Assembly (NCBI GenBank): GCA_964641255.1
Contig: CAZXMM010000001.1
Coordinates: 873,890 to 937,889 of the forward strand
Length of the DNA stretch: 64,000 nt
From: an uncultured Gammaproteobacteria bacterium
GTDB lineage: Bacteria > Patescibacteriota > Microgenomatia > JAMCZE01
Direction of reading: 5' to 3'
Shown: positions 46,254 to 55,492 of the stretch, in pieces
How the letters are laid out: each line of letters starts with the position of its first letter
How positions within the stretch are numbered: the stretch's first letter is position 1
Position numbers and translations under genes: made by a program
Notes under the pieces: generated by a model
Databases searched by the model: none
What the model was told of the DNA's origin: nothing
What the model saw: the letters and a program-made list of their open reading frames with translations, nothing else

Positions 46254-46688
46254 CGCTAGCTGAGGTAGGTGTTCACCTCTCCAGTGATCAATATTCTCCT
46301 TAAGGAAAGTAGCAGGAGTCTCTTCCCGATTCTGCCAAAACTCTTTGTTCCACAAGCCATCCGGAAGACTTTGATATAAACCAAGTAACTTTTCCCCTTG
46401 GCCCTCGAACTCTTTATACACCTCTTCCCAAGTCTGGCTTTTCCTCTTGTCCACCCCCTGAGCATTAAATATATCTACATCAGGTTCCCAAATGGGCTCC
46501 TCTCCTCTTTTAAGTGCTTCCAAGCAATTAATATCATGTTCGATCCAGTGGTTAAGGTGGGCGAGAACGTCTTTAAGCGACCATTTATCAAAAAGTGTTT
46601 GCGTTCTTTGATCTGGAGGAAAGCAGGCAATCTTCTCGATGAGTTCTTGACGGACTTCCCCAAATTCTTTGATCTTGTCGGAAATCAT
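46248..46688 (-). CDS. DinB/ClbS-like four-helix-bundle family protein
   Basis: W.LKDVLAHLNHWIEHD pattern typical of DinB_2/DUF1706. Confidence 0.4.
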   Translation of the reverse strand: MISDKIKEFGEVRQELIEKIACFPPDQRTQTLFDKWSLKDVLAHLNHWIEHDINCLEALKRGEEPIWEPDVDIFNAQGVDKRKSQTWEEVYKEFEGQGEKLLGLYQSLPDGLWNKEFWQNREETPATFLKENIDHWRGEHLPQLAS

Positions 46689-46717
46689 ACCGGATTATAT
46701 CCTTAACGGAAGTCAAC

Positions 46718-47314
46718 CTACTTGGTAAGAATAAATTTTATCATCTTGGACGGAAACAGCATTGCTGCTGCAATACTTACCACGTGTTCTACTGAGGGGA
46801 TCACAATATTGCTCGCTTTGTAAATTGCCACTGTAGTCGGTGGGACAACCTCGTCAAAAAAGGGTCTGATTGTCATAATTTTTTGTCTCTCGGTCATGGT
46901 TAATTTTGACTCTAGTTGCTCTGCCTTCAAAACTGATTCTTTGAACGAAGGACTACTTGACGTTGCTTGAGCAAAGGTAAACCATGGCCAATCTCCTGTT
47001 CTAATTCTTCCGCAGTTGATTATTACTCGATGGATTTTATTCTTCCTCTCTCCAAAAATATTTAGTGCCAAACTACTTCCAGCACTATTGCCTACTAACG
47101 AAACGTTCTGGCCAGCATCAGTTAGCCTGTCTACCAACTCAAGTGCTCTACATAGCTTTGGTTGTAATCCCCTTTCCTCAATTCCCCAGGCAGCATCAAA
47201 AACGTGTGGAGTCACTCCAAATTTTCTCCAGCCATGTGATACCCAAATGTGTTTCTCAACTTCGTTGCCCAATTCTGGAATAATCACAACGTGGTGTTTG
47301 GACGACACTGTCAT
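46718..47314 (-). CDS. small alpha/beta hydrolase family protein
   Basis: GNSAG nucleophile elbow. Confidence 0.45.
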   Translation of the reverse strand: MTVSSKHHVVIIPELGNEVEKHIWVSHGWRKFGVTPHVFDAAWGIEERGLQPKLCRALELVDRLTDAGQNVSLVGNSAGSSLALNIFGERKNKIHRVIINCGRIRTGDWPWFTFAQATSSSPSFKESVLKAEQLESKLTMTERQKIMTIRPFFDEVVPPTTVAIYKASNIVIPSVEHVVSIAAAMLFPSKMIKFILTK

Positions 47315-47892
47315 TCAAATTCAATCCCCTCACTAGCTCGGATTTTAAAGTTACCACTGTCCCCCTCAATCAGGGCAAATCCCCCATCTTCCACTCTCTT
47401 AACACTAAGACCCATCATTTCTTTGAAAAAAGTTCTTAAGAAGAGTCCGTGAGTGACAGCTACTAGGGATTGGTGGTCCATTTTTAACAAGATCTGGACC
47501 GCTGTTTTCACCCGGTTATTCATGTCCTCCTCTCTCTCACTACCGTCCACATAGTCGTAGTTTTGGTGTTTTCTTACCTGTTCGGGATACTTGTCCTTAG
47601 CCTCACTCCTAACCATTCCCGTCAAAATCCCATTGAGGTTTCGCTCCTTTAGGTATTCACAAACTTCGACCGGAGTATTCAGTTTACTAGCGAGTATCTC
47701 TGCCGCCTGGATAGCTCTTTTAAGCGGTGAGGACAAAATAACTTCAAACTTTTCCTCTAGGGCGAGAATCTTTTGGGCACTGACCCGAAGCTGCTCCTTG
47801 CCCCTCTTTGTCATCTCAAAATCCGCCCAGCCCCCATAGCGATCTTCAAGATCGTCAACTGACTGCCCGTGCCTGACAAACAAAATCTTCAT
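47311..47892 (-). CDS. histidine phosphatase family protein (second paralog)
   Basis: FVRHGQS RHG motif; 193 aa. Confidence 0.6.
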   Translation of the reverse strand: MKILFVRHGQSVDDLEDRYGGWADFEMTKRGKEQLRVSAQKILALEEKFEVILSSPLKRAIQAAEILASKLNTPVEVCEYLKERNLNGILTGMVRSEAKDKYPEQVRKHQNYDYVDGSEREEDMNNRVKTAVQILLKMDHQSLVAVTHGLFLRTFFKEMMGLSVKRVEDGGFALIEGDSGNFKIRASEGIEFE

Positions 47893-47900
47893 ACTGGTAA

Positions 47901-48470
47901 TTATACAGAGAGCGTTAAAACTAACTTAACAAGAATAACAACGTTCCAGATCGCTAACGCCCCTAAAGCCAGATACTCGGCCAGCCACATTCTAAGTCTT
48001 TTAAGCGGAATGAGAACAAGAGTAGATAACATTACACAGGCTACAAAATTCGTAGCTACAGCCAAAAAGACATCAGTATTAAAAAGGGTTAGTCCGACAC
48101 CAAATAAAGAGAATATAGTCAGTAAACAACTAAGTCCTATCAGGAGTTTGTGCTTAAGGGTTGACGAACGAAAACAAAAAGCCACTGTTCCTAGCAGAAG
48201 TGACCCCAATCCCAGAATGTAGATAGAAATTGGTGGCACACAAATTATTGGGAGAGAAATTAGTAGGTAGACTACCTGTAAAAGCATGTAGAGATTTATC
48301 CAAATTAGAAAATTCCTTCTCGTAGAATCCAAGTCTCTCAGGGTGGAAATGGCGTCTGTTTTATAATTAAACTCCTTACAGCCAAGGATCCTAGAAAGAA
48401 TCGGTCCGAACAAAATTACCAGCGGAGAAAATGCCAGAGCGGACAATAGCAAGATCTGAACAGGCTCCAT
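47901..48470 (-). CDS. hypothetical membrane protein
   Basis: ORF with about 5 hydrophobic helices. Confidence 0.35.
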   Translation of the reverse strand: MEPVQILLLSALAFSPLVILFGPILSRILGCKEFNYKTDAISTLRDLDSTRRNFLIWINLYMLLQVVYLLISLPIICVPPISIYILGLGSLLLGTVAFCFRSSTLKHKLLIGLSCLLTIFSLFGVGLTLFNTDVFLAVATNFVACVMLSTLVLIPLKRLRMWLAEYLALGALAIWNVVILVKLVLTLSV

Positions 48471-48540
48471 TTACTTATATTGCCATAAACCGAATGTTAA
48501 CTAAAGAAGGGAGATTACCCGAATATATGACAAATAAAAC

Positions 48541-48951
48541 TTACTTCCCCGACTCCCCTACCTTCCCCTTCACCTTATTTATATGGTCACCCGGTAGTGA
48601 GGGCCAGCGAACTGACACTACAGTAGCGTCCTCTTCCACCCGGTAGCGGTGGGGGAATTTAGCTCGAGTAATATAGTAGTCCCCAGGACCAAGTAAATAT
48701 TCACCCTGGGGGAAAATCACCCGAAATTTCCCCACCAGTACCAAACTCAGCGTTGTTGCCGTTTGACAAATTGACCAGTCGTACCGCTCTTCTCCCGTGG
48801 TGTGCTTAAAATATTTGACCTCCAAGTCGCGCGATTGCCTTAAAGACCCCTTTGGCTTACAAAAATGGCCAACAAACCACCCCCGCGTATCCTGCCCATC
48901 AGTGGTAGCATTGCCAATATAAAAGTTTCGGTCTTGTGCCTGACTCCCCAT
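48541..48951 (-). CDS. cupin-domain protein
   Basis: Beta-rich 136-aa protein with cupin-like G.F..H..P.G...GPGDYY pattern. Confidence 0.4.
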   Translation of the reverse strand: MGSQAQDRNFYIGNATTDGQDTRGWFVGHFCKPKGSLRQSRDLEVKYFKHTTGEERYDWSICQTATTLSLVLVGKFRVIFPQGEYLLGPGDYYITRAKFPHRYRVEEDATVVSVRWPSLPGDHINKVKGKVGESGK

Positions 48952-48980
48952 ATTTATATTCTACTTCTGAAGTTCCCCTC

Positions 48981-49009
48981 TTGACAAATATTGGCACTCG
49001 TGATATAAG
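48981..49009 (+). promoter_or_regulatory. sigma70-like promoter of hsp20 (TTGACA-17-TATAAG)
   Basis: TTGACA 48981-48986, 17-nt spacer, TATAAG 49004-49009, 25 bp before hsp20 ATG. Confidence 0.5.
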
Positions 49010-49017
49010 AGTGCCAA
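48991..49017 (+). promoter_or_regulatory. CIRCE-like HrcA operator (TTGGCACTC-N9-GAGTGCCAA)
   Basis: Perfect 9-bp inverted repeat with 9-nt spacer; one complementary substitution per arm versus consensus TTAGCACTC-N9-GAGTGCTAA; overlaps -10. Confidence 0.6.
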
Positions 49018-49033
49018 AAGGAGGTGAGAACTA

Positions 49034-49435
49034 ATGCCCATTATTAGATACGATCCCCTAAGTCAAGTGGGTTCGCTACTACGCTGGCCTAGCCTACTCG
49101 ATGAAGATTTTGGCAATTCCAGCCAGTCGCTGGATGTTTACGAAACTGATAAGAGTATTACGGTGGCAGCCAACGTAGCCGGGGTGGAACCGAGTAAGGT
49201 CAAGGTAACTTTTCATAAAGGCATATTAACAATCACCGGCGAGGTCGCTAGTGAGGAAAAGGACAAAAAATATTATCAAAAGTCTTACCACAACTATTAT
49301 TACAAAGTGGCAGTGCCGGGGGAAATTAACCTTAATGCCGAACCCAAAGCTAAGTTCAAAAATGGCCTGGTGGAAATAGTGTTTGACAAAGTTCCCGAAG
49401 AACAACCCAAAGAAATTGTCGTTAAAGCCGGATAA
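49034..49435 (+). CDS. Hsp20/alpha-crystallin family small heat-shock protein
   Basis: LDVYETDKSITVAANVAGVEPSKVKVTFHKGILTITGE alpha-crystallin domain. Confidence 0.8.
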   Translation: MPIIRYDPLSQVGSLLRWPSLLDEDFGNSSQSLDVYETDKSITVAANVAGVEPSKVKVTFHKGILTITGEVASEEKDKKYYQKSYHNYYYKVAVPGEINLNAEPKAKFKNGLVEIVFDKVPEEQPKEIVVKAG

Positions 49436-49487
49436 ACAAAGTAACCAAAAAACCTAGCTGGCTTACCACCGCTAGGTTTTTTACTAC

Positions 49488-49901
49488 TTGATTTTTCACC
49501 CCCTGAGGCGGATGATCTCTGCTGCTGTGGCCAAATATTTCTTCGACACAAGGCAGCGAGTGGTATGTTTTGTTGAAACTAAAGCGCCGGTACCATGTAA
49601 CCTTACCAAGACCGAAACACAAGTCGTCGAACTTTTAGTTAATGGTGGCAACAATATCCCCCGACTAGCCGCCGCTTTAGAAGTTTCAGATCATGTTGTA
49701 ATCCAGCACCTTCGCAATGCTCGCCGAAGACTGGGTATCGAACCATCAGCGAGGCAACCACGGATAAAAGGGCAGGGACGAGGAACGGGATTCTTTGTTG
49801 GTAAACAAATTACTGACGCTTTTGAGGCGACCCCCTTTCCTCCCTGCCGATTTCAAGACACCTGTCTGCTGGCAAAAAACTGTCGCCTGAAGGTAACCTA
49901 A
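49488..49901 (+). CDS. LuxR/GerE-type HTH transcriptional regulator
   Basis: LTKTETQVVELLVNGGNNIPRLAAALEVSDHVVIQHLRNARRRLGI. Confidence 0.5.
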   Translation: MIFHPLRRMISAAVAKYFFDTRQRVVCFVETKAPVPCNLTKTETQVVELLVNGGNNIPRLAAALEVSDHVVIQHLRNARRRLGIEPSARQPRIKGQGRGTGFFVGKQITDAFEATPFPPCRFQDTCLLAKNCRLKVT

Positions 49902-49936
49902 TTGCTCTTTCACCTAATCTATCCTATAATACAGCG

Positions 49937-50896
49937 ATGGCTAACCACGGCTTTACTATTCCTCTAGTTCTTGGCACAGTTTTTGTCGTCTTAATGACTA
50001 CCGCTGTAGTGACTGCTTTTGGGCTTCCTAAAAGTACGCCTTCTAATACTGAGACCACCAAACTCAGTCTTCCTGGGCCCACTGAGCCAATCATTGTTGA
50101 AGCCAAACGAGAGGAAGCGCCAGTGGCCAAGAATGATCAAACTCAAACTGTAGTTTTACCACCAAGTGTGGAAATAAAACCAGAGCCTGCTCCAGTGGTC
50201 CCCAAACCTAATGTAGCCACCGCCAAAGTCAGCATCACCATTTTTGATATTGACGGATGGAAGTCAATCACCAGCGACGATTTTCATTTTAATGTTTTTA
50301 GTAATAGCCCGAAAGTGCGCTTTGAAACCAAAGGGGTCACTACTTGGCAGGTAGACAATCTCAGTCCGGGACGCTATAGCGCTGAAGTCTATTTCCCCAC
50401 TGCCTCCTGGCAGGCCCGGACTTATTCCTGCGAGAACTGCACCAACCAGAGTTTTACGAGTGGAACCAACCATAGTAGCTATGATTTTGACCTCCTTGAT
50501 GGCAGCCATCCCCATCTGAAGTTCGGCTACGCCCGGGGTAGTGGCTCGGGACTAAGTCAGGATAACAATTCTGGGACTAATAACCAGAGGGACACTACAC
50601 CCCCGATCACTAATATCTATTACCCCCAAAATGGTGGCACCATCACCTACAAACTAGATGGTAAAGTCTGTGCTATTCAAACTGCTCCTACCGATGACAG
50701 TGGCCACAATAATGTGGAGATTAGTTTTCAATTTGATAGTGGCTCCTGGTCAGAGTGGAAAGCAAATCAGGGTTACCTTTGCGCCGAAACTCTGCCTAAT
50801 GGCCCCCACACCATGCAGTATCACTCCCGAGACAAAGCAGGTAATGTAGAAGCCACTAGGACTCTCAGCTTCAGTGTCAATATCCCAGGAAACTAA
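49937..50896 (+). CDS. membrane-anchored/secreted hypothetical protein (319 aa)
   Basis: N-terminal TM/signal, Pro/Thr-rich linker, beta-rich C-terminus. Confidence 0.4.
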   Translation: MANHGFTIPLVLGTVFVVLMTTAVVTAFGLPKSTPSNTETTKLSLPGPTEPIIVEAKREEAPVAKNDQTQTVVLPPSVEIKPEPAPVVPKPNVATAKVSITIFDIDGWKSITSDDFHFNVFSNSPKVRFETKGVTTWQVDNLSPGRYSAEVYFPTASWQARTYSCENCTNQSFTSGTNHSSYDFDLLDGSHPHLKFGYARGSGSGLSQDNNSGTNNQRDTTPPITNIYYPQNGGTITYKLDGKVCAIQTAPTDDSGHNNVEISFQFDSGSWSEWKANQGYLCAETLPNGPHTMQYHSRDKAGNVEATRTLSFSVNIPGN

Positions 50897-50925
50897 TGGG
50901 GGGGCCGCGTGATAGACTTTAAGCT

Positions 50926-52335
50926 ATGAACTGGTCACGCGTTGCTCTACTTCTAATTTTTAGCCTGGCTGCCCTACTGAGATTTTACCAAGTTGACCAC
51001 CTAACTATCTTTGACGCCGACCAAGAATTTGCCGCCACCTTTGCCAGCGAAGTTCTAACTGTTTATCCACTTAGGCTTATTGGCCAGGGATTATCAGTCC
51101 AAGGCTTGTTCCTGGGTCCCTGGTACTTCTATTTTCTGGTCCCCTTTTACTATTTTAGCCACCTGCACCCGACTGGCGGAGTTGTGGGATCAGTCGCTCT
51201 CGGGTTAATCACCATCGGTTGTTACTACCTAGTGATCAGGCGGGTGTTTGGCCCAAAAATGGCCTTAGTAGTCGCTCTGTTTCGCACATTACTTTACGCC
51301 TTCGTTGAGGCCGACATTTTGGTCACCCCGGCTTTTTCGGCAGATATTGCCGTCCTTCTGACCTGGTATTTTATGTACCAGTTTTTTTACAGCAGTCAGT
51401 GGTATCTACTGCCTCTCGGGCTGGTGTTTGGTTTGTACTCCAGTATCCACCCGATTCTCTTTCCCTTGACTCTGGTCTTTGTCGCCCTAATGATTTGGCG
51501 GCGGCACTTCCCCAACTGGAAAACTGCTGGTGCGGCTACAGTTCTCTTTATAATCCCCAACCTCCCACTACTTCTTTTTGAATACTACCGCAGATTCCTG
51601 GATCTAAAGAATTTAGTAACACTGGGTAGTAGTGGCAATGGAGAGGTGAAAGACTGGCAGACCTTACTAGATTATCTCTTGTTAGCCCTCACTCATCCGG
51701 CCCGACTAGCCACTGGGCCACTACCCCTACCATTACCATTACTCCTTGGCCTTGGCCTACTTTTCCTGGCTCTAACCATCATTAATCTCAAAAAAACTTT
51801 TAAGAGAAGGGGAGGTTTTCATCGACAACTGTTAACTAGCACCACTGTAATTACTCTTGGTTACTACTTTTTACTACCAATCCACGCCCCCGACTATTAC
51901 TTCTTAGCCGTTAAGACCCTGGTCTTTCTTTACGTCACTTTGGCTTTGGGCCAACTAATTCTAATCGGAAAAAAGCCTTTATTTATCTGTCTCTTTTCCC
52001 TTATCTGGATAGCTAATATGTTCAGCTATACTGTCGCGCACCAACGCCTCGGCCTCTCCCTAGCCGATAAAGACAGAGCGTTTAAATACCTGGCGGCCCA
52101 AGCAGTTAACAATAGAATCACAATTAGCTACGATGTTGACTACGGCCAGCACTATGGCCTCGGATACCTCACTCGCTACTACCAGCTAGATAAATTACCC
52201 GACTTAGCACTACCTCAAGCTACCTATACCATAGTTATCCCCAGCTCCAGACGCAAGGAGCCACAAATCCGCTTTGGTAACTTAGGAATTATCTCTGTAG
52301 TGGGTAATCACGGCTTGCCTTTACAGGCTAAATAG
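50926..52335 (+). CDS. GT-C-fold membrane glycosyltransferase (ArnT/PMT, family 39-like)
   Basis: ALLRFYQVDHLTIFDADQEFAATFA N-terminal motif region and more than 10 TM helices. Confidence 0.5.
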   Translation: MNWSRVALLLIFSLAALLRFYQVDHLTIFDADQEFAATFASEVLTVYPLRLIGQGLSVQGLFLGPWYFYFLVPFYYFSHLHPTGGVVGSVALGLITIGCYYLVIRRVFGPKMALVVALFRTLLYAFVEADILVTPAFSADIAVLLTWYFMYQFFYSSQWYLLPLGLVFGLYSSIHPILFPLTLVFVALMIWRRHFPNWKTAGAATVLFIIPNLPLLLFEYYRRFLDLKNLVTLGSSGNGEVKDWQTLLDYLLLALTHPARLATGPLPLPLPLLLGLGLLFLALTIINLKKTFKRRGGFHRQLLTSTTVITLGYYFLLPIHAPDYYFLAVKTLVFLYVTLALGQLILIGKKPLFICLFSLIWIANMFSYTVAHQRLGLSLADKDRAFKYLAAQAVNNRITISYDVDYGQHYGLGYLTRYYQLDKLPDLALPQATYTIVIPSSRRKEPQIRFGNLGIISVVGNHGLPLQAK

Positions 52336-52348
52336 TTACAATAGGGAT

Positions 52349-53062
52349 ATGGCTAGGAAAAAAACCACTCTACCTTCTGACGAAATGAGTCTCAAATATG
52401 GAATGATTGGGGCAGCCATGATTGGCATTTTTTTAGTAATCGCCTTTATTGTCGGCCGACAAACTAACACCCCGACTACCAAACCAGTCCCCAGTAGCGA
52501 GGTGGCGATCACAAAAAAGGAAGTAACACTGACCAAGATCGACACTAAGGAGCCACCCAAAGTAGCAGCTCAGCAAGGCTGGAAACGCTATACTGCGCGC
52601 GACCCCCAGTACGGCTTTGAAACTACCCTTAATCTTCCCCCCGACTTTAGTTTTCAGTTTTCTGGCTCGGAATTTACCATTCAAAGCGGTTCTCCCACCA
52701 CTGAACAGTGGATTTATCAAAGCTCCATTTTTAATGGTAAAGACGGAGTTAAAAATTACTATACCGGCCAATCACGGCGAGTCTGGTACCAAAGTTATCT
52801 TAGCCGGCAGTATAGTGCCCCAGATAACTACCTCTTTGAGCCAGACCAAATACTTTCCGTGGAAGAGTTTTCCTTAAATAAGGGTACCTATCTCGGAGTA
52901 AAAGTAAATACCGCCGCTGGTATCCAAACTCATTACCTGTTTGTGCAGAATATGATTGTGCATATCTTTGCTCCTGCCTCAGACAAAGCTAGTAGTCCCG
53001 AAGCCAAACTCCCCACTCTCCTCCCCCAAGTCCTAGAGTCCCTCAGTTCCAAAGAAATCTGA
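52349..53062 (+). CDS. membrane-anchored hypothetical protein; 3-prime 59 bp duplicated at 54577-54635
   Basis: ORF with N-terminal TM; C-terminus KLPTLLPQVLESLSSKEI encoded by repeat copy A. Confidence 0.4.
   Translation: MARKKTTLPSDEMSLKYGMIGAAMIGIFLVIAFIVGRQTNTPTTKPVPSSEVAITKKEVTLTKIDTKEPPKVAAQQGWKRYTARDPQYGFETTLNLPPDFSFQFSGSEFTIQSGSPTTEQWIYQSSIFNGKDGVKNYYTGQSRRVWYQSYLSRQYSAPDNYLFEPDQILSVEEFSLNKGTYLGVKVNTAAGIQTHYLFVQNMIVHIFAPASDKASSPEAKLPTLLPQVLESLSSKEI
53003..53061 (+). repeat. 59-bp direct repeat copy A
   Basis: CCAAACTCCCCACTCTCCTCCCCCAAGTCCTAGAGTCCCTCAGTTCCAAAGAAATCTGA. Confidence 0.7.
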
Positions 53063-53065
53063 CTC

Positions 53066-54133
53066 CTACCGACGCCCAGAAGATTGGCCAGACCCAAGGA
53101 GTAACCAAAATTGTGCCAGGGTGACCACACTAAGTGGGTTAAAAGTGAGAACCGTCATTAAGCCTAAAAGCAGACTAAAAGTCAAACTATCCTTGTTTTT
53201 AACAGCCCGGGTTACTGCCTGGATGCAAAGTAACACTAGTAAACCTAGTCCAATTGCCCCACCCTGCAACCAGTAATCCAAAAATAAGTTATGACTACTA
53301 TCTACTACTTCATAACTGAGCGGACTTTGTTGTTGACGAGCCTCATCGTGAATAACTGGCAATCCTCGGCCAAATCCGTAACCAATAAGTGGAGCCTTCC
53401 AACCAGCCTGCCAGGCAAGCTGCCAGATTCCCTGTCTGCTTTCCCAAGTAGACTCCTGTTCCAGAAATGGGAGGGAAAAAGAAAGCAAATATAAAAAAAG
53501 ACAGACTGTAGCGACCCGGGAGATCCGCCAACGTAATTTTAGAAGAATTAACACTAAGAGCTGAAGAGTTAGTGCTACTAACGCCGACCAAGAAGCCGTG
53601 AAGAAAATGATCCCTCCACAAAGCCCCAAACCCGCCAACTGGACAATCCTATTTTGCTTGTAAAAAACTAGTGGCCAAAGAAAAATCGCCACAGCTGCTA
53701 GGGCATTGGGTTCGCCCAACAAGCCAGTAGCTCTGCCGGCCTGATTAAAGGGAAAGACAAATATTGATCCAAATAGAGTTGCCAGACTAGCTAAAATCCA
53801 GATTTTGGGTAACGACTGAAGCGAATAGCCCCGAAAAATTATAAAAAGGGCCAACAAATGCCAAAGAAAAAATACACCCTGTAGCCGTAGAGGGTAACCA
53901 AAAATTTGCCTACTCTCTGGAATAAGTACTAGTTGGATCATGGTAAGACCAATAAGTCCTAACACTGACAGCGGAGGCCAACTCCAGCGCTTGATAGTTA
54001 GCAGGTACAATACTGAGGCGAGGATAATAGCGATCTGGAACACAATCACACGAAAAATTTCGGAGAAAAAAACCAGAGGTAAGGCTAGAACAACAAAGGC
54101 AAATAGAGCCTTAGAGACCACCTCAAGAAGCAT
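53066..54133 (-). CDS. O-antigen ligase (WaaL/Wzy_C)-like membrane protein
   Basis: SHNLFLDYWLQGGAIGLGLLVL Wzy_C motif, polytopic. Confidence 0.55.
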   Translation of the reverse strand: MLLEVVSKALFAFVVLALPLVFFSEIFRVIVFQIAIILASVLYLLTIKRWSWPPLSVLGLIGLTMIQLVLIPESRQIFGYPLRLQGVFFLWHLLALFIIFRGYSLQSLPKIWILASLATLFGSIFVFPFNQAGRATGLLGEPNALAAVAIFLWPLVFYKQNRIVQLAGLGLCGGIIFFTASWSALVALTLQLLVLILLKLRWRISRVATVCLFLYLLSFSLPFLEQESTWESRQGIWQLAWQAGWKAPLIGYGFGRGLPVIHDEARQQQSPLSYEVVDSSHNLFLDYWLQGGAIGLGLLVLLCIQAVTRAVKNKDSLTFSLLLGLMTVLTFNPLSVVTLAQFWLLLGSGQSSGRR

Positions 54134-54534
54134 TATTTTTTACCAGTAAAATCAATTCCGTAATTGTACGAATTGGCAGGAAGTACGTATTCCTTGGGTT
54201 TAAAGTCAGTGCCCCTCTCATCGCGAGCAAAGATGAAATACTTACCCCCATAAGGAACAGTATGGCTATAGCCGCCTGTCTTATCTGTCTTTACCCGATA
54301 TTTGTGCCCAGTCTTTTTACTTTCAGCCACGATGGTGACGTTATTAGCCGGCACTTTTTTCCCATTTGCCAATTTATAAAAGACTTGTCCACTTATATAC
54401 TGATATTCATATGGACTGGTCAGTGGAGCCAGTGCGGTTTGAGCGTGAACCTGAATAAATCTGAACTGGCTACCAAGACCAGTAAGAAACAGGGCGGCAA
54501 TGGCGAAAGCGATAATTACACGAGTAATCTTCAT
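54133..54534 (-). CDS. secreted hypothetical protein (133 aa)
   Basis: Signal peptide then beta-rich domain. Confidence 0.4.
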   Translation of the reverse strand: MKITRVIIAFAIAALFLTGLGSQFRFIQVHAQTALAPLTSPYEYQYISGQVFYKLANGKKVPANNVTIVAESKKTGHKYRVKTDKTGGYSHTVPYGGKYFIFARDERGTDFKPKEYVLPANSYNYGIDFTGKK

Positions 54535-54576
54535 ATAGCAATCGCTGTCATAAAGCTTTTTTTGCTACTGTCAAGG

Positions 54577-54635
54577 GCCAAACTCCCCACTCTCCTCCCC
54601 CAAGTCCTAGAGTCCCCCAGCTCCAAGGCAATCTA
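54577..54635 (+). repeat. 59-bp direct repeat copy B
   Basis: CCAAACTCCCCACTCTCCTCCCCCAAGTCCTAGAGTCCCCCAGCTCCAAGGCAATCTAG (53 of 59 identical to copy A). Confidence 0.7.
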
Positions 54636-54695
54636 GTTTCCCCTCAGCAATCAAAGGGAGTCTATACTTGACACCGCTATCTAAAATGTAATAAA

Positions 54696-54902
54696 TTGGT
54701 CTTAGATATAAAGCTATCTAAATATATGTCAGCTGATAAAATGGGCGATCACAGAACGGAAAACGTGACTCAGGAAGAGAGAACTAAATCGGACAGAGAC
54801 AATAAGGCAGCAGCAGAGGACTGGAAAAAAGGAATGACTCGCGAACAGTTAGAACGAGTCGAGCAAAAAACACGAGAAATTGAGGAAAAAACTAAGCATT
54901 AG
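54696..54902 (+). CDS. small charged hypothetical protein (possible stress-related)
   Basis: ORF only, highly charged, helical. Confidence 0.3.
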   Translation: MVLDIKLSKYMSADKMGDHRTENVTQEERTKSDRDNKAAAEDWKKGMTREQLERVEQKTREIEEKTKH

Positions 54903-54922
54903 TACGGAATCGGTTTATAACT

Positions 54923-55492
54923 ATGTTCACTCTCCCACCACTACCCTACGACTATTCCGCATTAGAGCCGTGGATTGACACTGAGACCATGAAGATCCAC
55001 CATGATAAGCACCACCAGGCCTATGTGGACAACCTCAATAAACTCTTGGCCCCCTATCCTGAGCTATTAGACGGCGATTTAGATATCCTCACTAACTTAG
55101 ATAAGATCCCGGAGGAAATCCGTCAAAAAGTCCGCAACAACATTGGTGGCCACGTCAATCACACCCTATTTTGGACTTTCATGGCTCCCCCCACTAATCA
55201 AAAGATGTTAGCCGATTTTGCTCCCTTGCAAGAAGAGTTTAGTGCCAAGGCCCTTAATCGTTTTGGCTCGGGCTGGGCGTGGCTGATTAAAGACGGTGAC
55301 AACCTAAAAGTAGTAGATACCCCCAATCAGGACAACCCGATGATGGATAATCCGAAGGTTAAAATCCTTTTAGGACTGGACGTGTGGGAACACGCCTACT
55401 ATTTAAAGTACCAAAATCGCCGCAAGGACTACATTGAAGCCTGGTTTAATGTCGTCAACTGGGCTGCCGTAACCAAGCGACTAGCTACCTAG
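54923..55492 (+). CDS. sodA: Fe/Mn superoxide dismutase
   Basis: LPYDYSALEPWIDTETMKIHHDKHHQAYV and DVWEHAYY motifs. Confidence 0.9.
   Translation: MFTLPPLPYDYSALEPWIDTETMKIHHDKHHQAYVDNLNKLLAPYPELLDGDLDILTNLDKIPEEIRQKVRNNIGGHVNHTLFWTFMAPPTNQKMLADFAPLQEEFSAKALNRFGSGWAWLIKDGDNLKVVDTPNQDNPMMDNPKVKILLGLDVWEHAYYLKYQNRRKDYIEAWFNVVNWAAVTKRLAT

Noticed and set aside
54262-54636. 124-aa plus-strand ORF
   Set aside because: It runs antisense across the secreted-protein gene 54133..54534. It appears open only because its 3-prime end is repeat copy B, which encodes the duplicated C-terminal peptide. It is not considered a real gene, but the repeat is reported as a finding.
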